Positions 58,351 to 64,000 of a DNA stretch of 64,000 nt are shown here, one piece after another. The notes beneath the pieces were generated by a model. It was not told where the DNA came from. It worked only from the letters and a program-made list of their open reading frames with translations, and ran no database searches. The position numbers were made by a program, and so were the translations under genes. Position 1 is the first letter of the stretch. Every line of letters starts with the position of its first letter. This DNA comes from Puniceicoccaceae bacterium (GTDB lineage: Bacteria > Verrucomicrobiota > Verrucomicrobiia > Opitutales > Oceanipulchritudinaceae): NCBI GenBank assembly GCA_040830765.1, contig JBFOMH010000004.1:96001-160000 (forward strand), in the 5' to 3' direction.

Positions 58351-60860
58351 CGCCATTCGTGCTTTGGATAGCGACCGAACAAATCCTTGCGAATCTGCGG
58401 ATACTGGCCTTCCCAGAATCCATCAAGGTCATCGGTTATCTGAACTGGTCGGTTGTTGGGCGCAAGCAGCTCAATCTTCAGGCGGCAGCGTCCCTGGCAG
58501 ATAGCCAGATCCTTGCCCGGCACATCGTAGAGTTGCTGGATGCGGGCCGGCAGGACCACCGTCCCATCCTCCTCGTAACGCAACTTGGGCTGGCCTTTTT
58601 CAGGCAAGGCGAACCGAACCGGAACCCAGTCGTCCAGCAAAGGAAGGATCGTGTCCGGCAACCAAGTCTTGAGGATTGGCAGGACCTCCCGGTCCTTGAC
58701 CTGCTTGTAACTGCTCGCGCCTTCGCAAATCTGCTCGATGAAGAGGAGCCGGTCTTCCTCCGTTATCGGTTTCAGTTCCCATTCCGGGCAATGCCGGGCA
58801 AGGACATTGACCCGGCGGATCCAGTTTTCCGCCGCGGCATCCCATTTCTTCAGGGGCCAGCTGTTTTCCACAATGGCGTGGGCAAGGACCTGGGAAGCGG
58901 CTGCGGAATCCGGCTCCATGTCCCCCTTTTCACGCAAGGTCAGGCCCCGGAAAACGATCCGTTCGACCCGCTCTACCCGACGGCGAGTGGCATCAAGTCG
59001 GTCGACGGTCTCTGTTCTGAGCTCACCGGGAAATACTTCCTCCAGCCAGGATTCATCGATCGCTGTTATACCACCGAGAAAGAGGGTCGCTTCACCACGG
59101 TACTCCCTTTCCTCCACCTCGGCCGCAACAAAGAGGTCCGCCTTGTCGACAATGGAGTCCTTGCGCATTTCCCCCCGCCGGCCATGGACCATTTCGCAAC
59201 GCAAGGTTCCCCGGTCGAGCCGGCGGGCCAAGTGGTCCACGTAGCCCGTCAGGCAGGTTTTGGCAAAGGCCTCCACCGAAATCGGTCCCGATGTCTGTTC
59301 GTCCCCGGCCAAGCGCTTCAGCTGCTGGAAAACCCGCATCGCCTGGTTCAGTCCATAGGCGTGTATACCCCACTCCCGGCAATATGCCATCCCGCCGCCT
59401 GAGGCCACAACCCGCTGCCAGGCCAGCACCCCCTTGAGCAAATCGGAGACACCTTCCGCCGCTTCCCACCACGACTCCCGTTCCCGGGCCTTGTGCTTGT
59501 CGTTCAAGGGAAGGATCAAGTCCCTGCCCTCGCTGATGGCAATGGCCGCCAGCACCAGATCCATGCAGTTGTTCTGCCGGGCCGCCACCAGCAGCCGGCT
59601 GAAACGGGGATGCAGGGGATAGCGGACCATTTCACGACCAATCCCGGTGATTGTTCCCTCCTGCATCGCTCCCAGGTCCTCCAGCAGCTCACCGGCATGT
59701 TCCCAGGCCGCCGACGGTGGTTTCTCAAACCAGTTGAAGGAAGCGTCCATTTCCAGGTTCAACAGGCGTAACCGGGTTTCACTGAGGTCCAGGCGCTCGA
59801 TCTCCGGTGCCGTGTAGGCGGGTCGATGAACGTGGTCGCTTTCCGTCCACAGGCGGTAGCACCGGCCCGGGGCCACCCGTCCGGCACGTCCGGTACGTTG
59901 ATCCGCACTGGCCCGGCTGATCTTTTCCGTCAAAAGTGTGTTCACCCCCCGCCGGGCATCAAAATCCGGGACCCGGGCCCATCCGCTGTCGATGACGGTA
60001 CGGATTCCCGGCAAGGTCAGCGATGTCTCCGCAATGTTCGTCGAGACAATCACCCGTGGCTTGTCCCCCGTTCCGATGGCCCGGTCCTGGGCAGCCGCAT
60101 CGAGCTCCCCATGGAGGGGAAATACGTCCCACCCGCGGGCTTCCCGGAGATGGGTGATCGCCTCCACTGATTTGTTAATTTCATACTTGCCCGGCATGAA
60201 CAATAGGACGTCGGACTGCGCCCCATCTTTAATTGCGGTTTTAAACCCATTGGCAGCCGACTCCCAAATCGGCTCCCTCGCTCCCGGGCGGAGGTGGGTC
60301 ACTTCGACCGGATACTGTCGACCCTCGCTTTCCAGAACAGTTGCGTGAGGCAGGTAAGACCCCAGCTCCCCCGTTTCCAAGTTGGCGGAAAAGACGCCGA
60401 TGCGGCCATTCCAACCGCCTTCCTGCCGGGCCACTGCCAACCCGAGGGAGATGTCCCCCTCCAGATGCCGCTCATGAAACTCGTCGAACAGGATGGCCCC
60501 GATATCATCGAGCTTGTCCCCTGAGGCCAACCGCCTCAGGAGCAGACCCTCCGTCACATAGAGGAGGCGGGTCTCGGGCCCCTCGGAAGCTTCAAAGCGT
60601 ATCCGGTAACCGGCAGTCTGTCCCGTTTTCTCGCCCAGCTCACTGGCCACGCGGCGGGCCAGCAGGCGGGCCGCCATGCGCCTCGGCTGGAGGATAAGGA
60701 TCGACTTGCCGGCCGGGAATCCCTCCCATTCCAAAAGAAAGCGCGGGACCCGGGTGGACTTGCCGGATCCCGTCGGTGCCTTGAGAACGAAATTGCGATG
60801 TTCCTGCCAGGCGCTTTGCAGCGGTTCCCGAAGCTCATCAATCGGAAGGGGAATGGGCAT
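58347..60860 (-). CDS. hrpB: ATP-dependent RNA helicase HrpB
   Basis: APTGSGKST, DEFHER, STNIAETSLT, QRTGRAGR and C-terminal LLAP..RPVQIT.DL..FW...Y...RKDL.GRYPKH.W. Confidence 0.93.
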   Translation of the reverse strand: MPIPLPIDELREPLQSAWQEHRNFVLKAPTGSGKSTRVPRFLLEWEGFPAGKSILILQPRRMAARLLARRVASELGEKTGQTAGYRIRFEASEGPETRLLYVTEGLLLRRLASGDKLDDIGAILFDEFHERHLEGDISLGLAVARQEGGWNGRIGVFSANLETGELGSYLPHATVLESEGRQYPVEVTHLRPGAREPIWESAANGFKTAIKDGAQSDVLLFMPGKYEINKSVEAITHLREARGWDVFPLHGELDAAAQDRAIGTGDKPRVIVSTNIAETSLTLPGIRTVIDSGWARVPDFDARRGVNTLLTEKISRASADQRTGRAGRVAPGRCYRLWTESDHVHRPAYTAPEIERLDLSETRLRLLNLEMDASFNWFEKPPSAAWEHAGELLEDLGAMQEGTITGIGREMVRYPLHPRFSRLLVAARQNNCMDLVLAAIAISEGRDLILPLNDKHKARERESWWEAAEGVSDLLKGVLAWQRVVASGGGMAYCREWGIHAYGLNQAMRVFQQLKRLAGDEQTSGPISVEAFAKTCLTGYVDHLARRLDRGTLRCEMVHGRRGEMRKDSIVDKADLFVAAEVEEREYRGEATLFLGGITAIDESWLEEVFPGELRTETVDRLDATRRRVERVERIVFRGLTLREKGDMEPDSAAASQVLAHAIVENSWPLKKWDAAAENWIRRVNVLARHCPEWELKPITEEDRLLFIEQICEGASSYKQVKDREVLPILKTWLPDTILPLLDDWVPVRFALPEKGQPKLRYEEDGTVVLPARIQQLYDVPGKDLAICQGRCRLKIELLAPNNRPVQITDDLDGFWEGQYPQIRKDLFGRYPKHEWR

Positions 60861-60941
60861 CCCCTAGGGATACGCCCTCTAAGGGGGAAAAGAAAAGCAA
60901 AAGTTGTTGCCTCGGAAAGGTTTTCAATTCCCCTGTAAAGC

Positions 60942-62294
60942 ATGAGCCCGACTGACACCATTGTCGCCCCCGCAACCGCCAACGGTGAGGCTGCCCTTGC
61001 TGTTGTCCGTGTTTCCGGCCCGATGGTCCCGGAACTCTGTAGGGTCATTTTTGGCCACACTCCCCCACCCCGCCGCGCCACCCTTGGTACCTACGGGAGC
61101 CTTGAGGGCAATACCCTCGACTCCCTTGTCTACCTTCTCTACGCCGAGGGCAAATCCTATACCGGGGAAGCGCTCCTGGAACTCAACCCGCACGGAAATC
61201 CCTGGCTGGTCCGGAAAATCCTTGATGATCTCATTGCGCGGGGCTGCCGGCTCGCTGAGCCGGGCGAGTTTACCCGCCGGGCCTTTCTCAATGGCAAGCT
61301 TGACCTGAGCCAGGCCGAGGCTGTGGTCCAGTTGATCCAGGCGCGTTCTGACCGGGCACTGGAGGCCGCCCGGCGACAGCTCGCCGGTTCCGTTGGCGAG
61401 ATGGTTAACAGCCTGGTGGACAGGCTCTTAGGTGTTACCGCCATGCTCGAGGCCTACATCGATTTTCCCGAGGAGGACCTCCCTCCAGAAGACCAGCAGG
61501 GACCGGCCATGGCGCTTCGGGTCCTCATCGATGACATGGATCACCTCATCGCCACCCGGCAGTACGCCTCCCTTCTCCATGACGGCGTCAAGTGCGTCAT
61601 CCTCGGGGAGCCCAATGTCGGCAAGTCCAGCCTGCTCAATGCCCTCACCGGTGAGGACCGGGTCATCGTATCCGCTGAGCCCGGGACCACGCGGGATTAT
61701 GTCGAGGAACGCATCCATATCGGGCCCTATCTCCTCCGCGTGATCGACACCGCCGGCCTCCACGAGGCCGCATCAGCCCTTGAGGAACAGGGGATTCACC
61801 GTTCCCTGCAGCAAATCCAGTCGGCCGACCTGTTATTGGTCGTCCTTGATTCAACCCGACCCTCCCCCGCTCTCCCCGACAGCGTACTCCAGGCTTTACG
61901 GGCCGGCAATACGCTCATCGTGGAAAACAAGACCGATCTGGCCATCAATGCGGACCTCGTTGCCTTTGCCGCCGATTGCCCCCATGTTCGTATCTCGGCA
62001 TCCCTCCATGAAGGATTACAGGACCTCCGGGATGCCATTCGTCAAGGACTTGAGCAAGGCCTCCTGATTCCGGATGAGAATACGGTCCTCGTCTCTGCCC
62101 GGCACGCAACCGCCCTCCAGGACGCCAAAAACCACCTGCGCCAAAGCCTGGAAAAGCTGCGCCAATCGGCGCCACCGGAGTTGGTCGCTTCCGACCTCCA
62201 TGCCGCCATTGAATCCATGGGTGCCATTACCGGAAAGATCGATAACGAGGCCATGCTGGACCGCCTTTTTCGGCAGTTTTGTATTGGTAAGTAG
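60942..62294 (+). CDS. mnmE: tRNA modification GTPase MnmE
   Basis: [39 protein letters not shown] and terminal FCIGK. Confidence 0.96.
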   Translation: MSPTDTIVAPATANGEAALAVVRVSGPMVPELCRVIFGHTPPPRRATLGTYGSLEGNTLDSLVYLLYAEGKSYTGEALLELNPHGNPWLVRKILDDLIARGCRLAEPGEFTRRAFLNGKLDLSQAEAVVQLIQARSDRALEAARRQLAGSVGEMVNSLVDRLLGVTAMLEAYIDFPEEDLPPEDQQGPAMALRVLIDDMDHLIATRQYASLLHDGVKCVILGEPNVGKSSLLNALTGEDRVIVSAEPGTTRDYVEERIHIGPYLLRVIDTAGLHEAASALEEQGIHRSLQQIQSADLLLVVLDSTRPSPALPDSVLQALRAGNTLIVENKTDLAINADLVAFAADCPHVRISASLHEGLQDLRDAIRQGLEQGLLIPDENTVLVSARHATALQDAKNHLRQSLEKLRQSAPPELVASDLHAAIESMGAITGKIDNEAMLDRLFRQFCIGK

Positions 62295-62311
62295 TTGTTT
62301 ATTATATACTT

Positions 62312-64000
62312 ATGAATTTTCAGGCCAGTTACGACATCATTGTTTGCGGTGCCGGGCACGCCGGCTGCGAGGCTGCCCTCGCCGCTGCCCGCATGGGTGC
62401 GCGGACCCTGATCTTGACAGGCAATATCGACACCATTGCCCAGATGTCCTGCAATCCCGCCATCGGGGGTTTGGCCAAGGGCCACATGGTCCGGGAAATT
62501 GACGCCCTCGGCGGGGAAATGGCGGTCAACACAGACCTCACCGCCATCCAGTTCCGCCTCCTCAATGCTTCCAAGGGTCCCGCCGTCCAGGCCTGTCGCG
62601 CCCAGTGCGACAAGAAGACCTATCAGTTCCGCCTCAAGCACATCCTTGAGCTGACGCCCAACCTGAGCGTCTTTCAGGCGGTCGTCACCGGTCTGGTCTA
62701 CAAGGCCGGCAAGGTTGTCGGGGTACAGACCCAGCTCGGCATCGACTTCGGGGCGACAGCGGTCGTGGTCACCACCGGGACCTTTCTCCGCGCCCTCATG
62801 CATGTCGGGCGCTCGAAGTCGGAAGGTGGCCGCATGGGCGATTTCAGTGCCAAGACCCTCTCCTCTTCCTTTACCGAGGCCGGAATTGAGCTGTCCCGCC
62901 TCAAGACTGGAACCCCCTGCCGCCTGCTCGGGAGCTCCATCGACTTCTCCCGACTCCAGAAACAGGACGGCGATCCCCTGCCCCCGCTTTTTGCCTTCTA
63001 CGATACCCGTTCGGATGAGCCATTGTTCCACGTGGAACAAAACGAGCGCATTTTCAGCGATCGGTTCACAAGGCAGATGTTCCACGTGGAACAGCCGCAC
63101 CAGATCCGGGCCGGGTGGCTGCCCGGAAGCAACCAGGTGCCCTGCTGGGAAACGGAAACCACCACCGAAACGCACCGGATCATCGATGACAACCTGGACA
63201 AGTCGGCCCTCTACGCTGGAGAAATCCAGGGCACCGGGCCCCGATATTGTCCCTCCATCGAGGACAAGGTGGTCCGGTTTGCGGACCGGCCGCGCCATAA
63301 GTTGTTCCTCGAACCGGAGGGCCGCCATACCGATGAATGGTACATAAACGGTCTCTCAACCAGTCTGCCGTTCGACGTCCAGGTTGAGATGCTGAAAACC
63401 ATTCCCGGACTGGAAAAGGCCCACATGCTGCGTCCGGCCTATGCCGTCGAATATGATTTTGCCCAGCCAACACAGCTTTTTGCCTCCCTCGAATCGAAGA
63501 AAGTAGAAAACCTTTTCTTCGCCGGGCAGATCAATGGGACCTCGGGTTACGAGGAGGCCGCCGCCCAGGGCCTCGTCGCCGGAATCAACGCGGTCCTCAA
63601 GATCCGTGGCGAGAATCCGGTCATCATTGGCCGTGAAATGGCCTACATTGGGGTCTTGATCGACGATCTGGTCACCAAGGGGACTACCGAGCCGTACCGC
63701 ATGTTCACATCCAGGGCGGAACACCGGCTCCTCTTTAACCACGGATCGGCGGAAATCCGCCTTATTGAAGTGGCTCAGCGCTATAATCTTGTCCCGGAGG
63801 ACCGGATTCGACGCATGCGTTCCAAAAGCGAAGCCGTGGGGCGCTGGACAGACAAACTGGAACGGGAAACCCGGAGTGGGGGAACCTGGGCCGACTTTGT
63901 CCGCAGGGGAGGGGACCCGGAGGAATTACCGCAAGAGCTGAAGTCACTTGCACCTGAGACCCGCGAGGAGATACTTTACCGGGTTCGTTACAAAGGTTAT
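62312..64000 (+). CDS. mnmG: tRNA uridine-5-carboxymethylaminomethyl synthesis enzyme MnmG (GidA); runs off the window end
   Basis: Not in the ORF track because no stop falls in the window. Translated manually from ATG 62312: [58 protein letters not shown] and [11 protein letters not shown]. Confidence 0.96.
   Translation, partial: MNFQASYDIIVCGAGHAGCEAALAAARMGARTLILTGNIDTIAQMSCNPAIGGLAKGHMVREIDALGGEMAVNTDLTAIQFRLLNASKGPAVQACRAQCDKKTYQFRLKHILELTPNLSVFQAVVTGLVYKAGKVVGVQTQLGIDFGATAVVVTTGTFLRALMHVGRSKSEGGRMGDFSAKTLSSSFTEAGIELSRLKTGTPCRLLGSSIDFSRLQKQDGDPLPPLFAFYDTRSDEPLFHVEQNERIFSDRFTRQMFHVEQPHQIRAGWLPGSNQVPCWETETTTETHRIIDDNLDKSALYAGEIQGTGPRYCPSIEDKVVRFADRPRHKLFLEPEGRHTDEWYINGLSTSLPFDVQVEMLKTIPGLEKAHMLRPAYAVEYDFAQPTQLFASLESKKVENLFFAGQINGTSGYEEAAAQGLVAGINAVLKIRGENPVIIGREMAYIGVLIDDLVTKGTTEPYRMFTSRAEHRLLFNHGSAEIRLIEVAQRYNLVPEDRIRRMRSKSEAVGRWTDKLERETRSGGTWADFVRRGGDPEELPQELKSLAPETREEILYRVRYKGY
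63024..63039. promoter_or_regulatory. parS centromere-like site (ParB binding), copy 1
   Basis: Perfect palindrome TGTTCCACGTGGAACA matching the canonical parS consensus TGTTNCACGTGNAACA. Confidence 0.85.
63078..63093. promoter_or_regulatory. parS centromere-like site (ParB binding), copy 2
   Basis: Identical TGTTCCACGTGGAACA, 54 bp downstream of copy 1. Confidence 0.85.

Noticed and set aside
60861..62311. oriC near mnmE/mnmG
   Set aside because: The intergenic gaps are short (81 and 17 bp) and I saw no DnaA-box cluster; the origin is not demonstrably inside this window.
62042..63328. 428-aa minus-strand ORF containing FHVE twice
   Set aside because: Antisense to mnmG; the repeated peptide arises because parS is palindromic.

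Overview
A gene-dense, GC-rich bacterial chromosomal segment. Gene content and style suggest a Verrucomicrobiota (Opitutales/Puniceicoccaceae-like) organism; this is an inference, not a database match. Positions 1-25.4 kb form a large, almost entirely minus-strand surface-glycan locus. Its upstream block runs cysC-cysD-cysN, gmd, fcl, a UDP-uronate epimerase, a DUF1573-like protein, UDP-xylose synthase, murB, a degenerate GalU-like protein and a 1179-aa GHMP-kinase/UDP-sugar-pyrophosphorylase fusion. Its downstream block encodes an SGNH protein, GT4 glycosyltransferases, a Wzy-like polymerase, a WcaF-like acetyltransferase, an FkbM methyltransferase, a PglK-like ABC flippase, a GT31-like protein and a truncated CDP-tyvelose-epimerase-like gene. 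Next come MscS plus a carbohydrate sulfotransferase, two divergent sulfatases and an SSS symporter. The remainder is mostly housekeeping: pssA, an orphan RelE-like gene, dnaN, glgP, an ATP-dependent ligase, a floA/nfeD operon, a GH105/esterase pair, queG, hrpB-smr and mnmE, ending in a truncated mnmG. Highlights are two perfect parS palindromes inside an in-frame insertion of mnmG, the sugar kinase-pyrophosphorylase fusion with its degenerate partner, PAPS synthesis apparently co-transcribed with GDP-fucose synthesis, a Trp/Tyr/Gly-rich C-terminal module shared by two secreted enzymes, and four different intergenic palindromic repeat elements. No tRNA, rRNA, CRISPR array or transposase was recognised.
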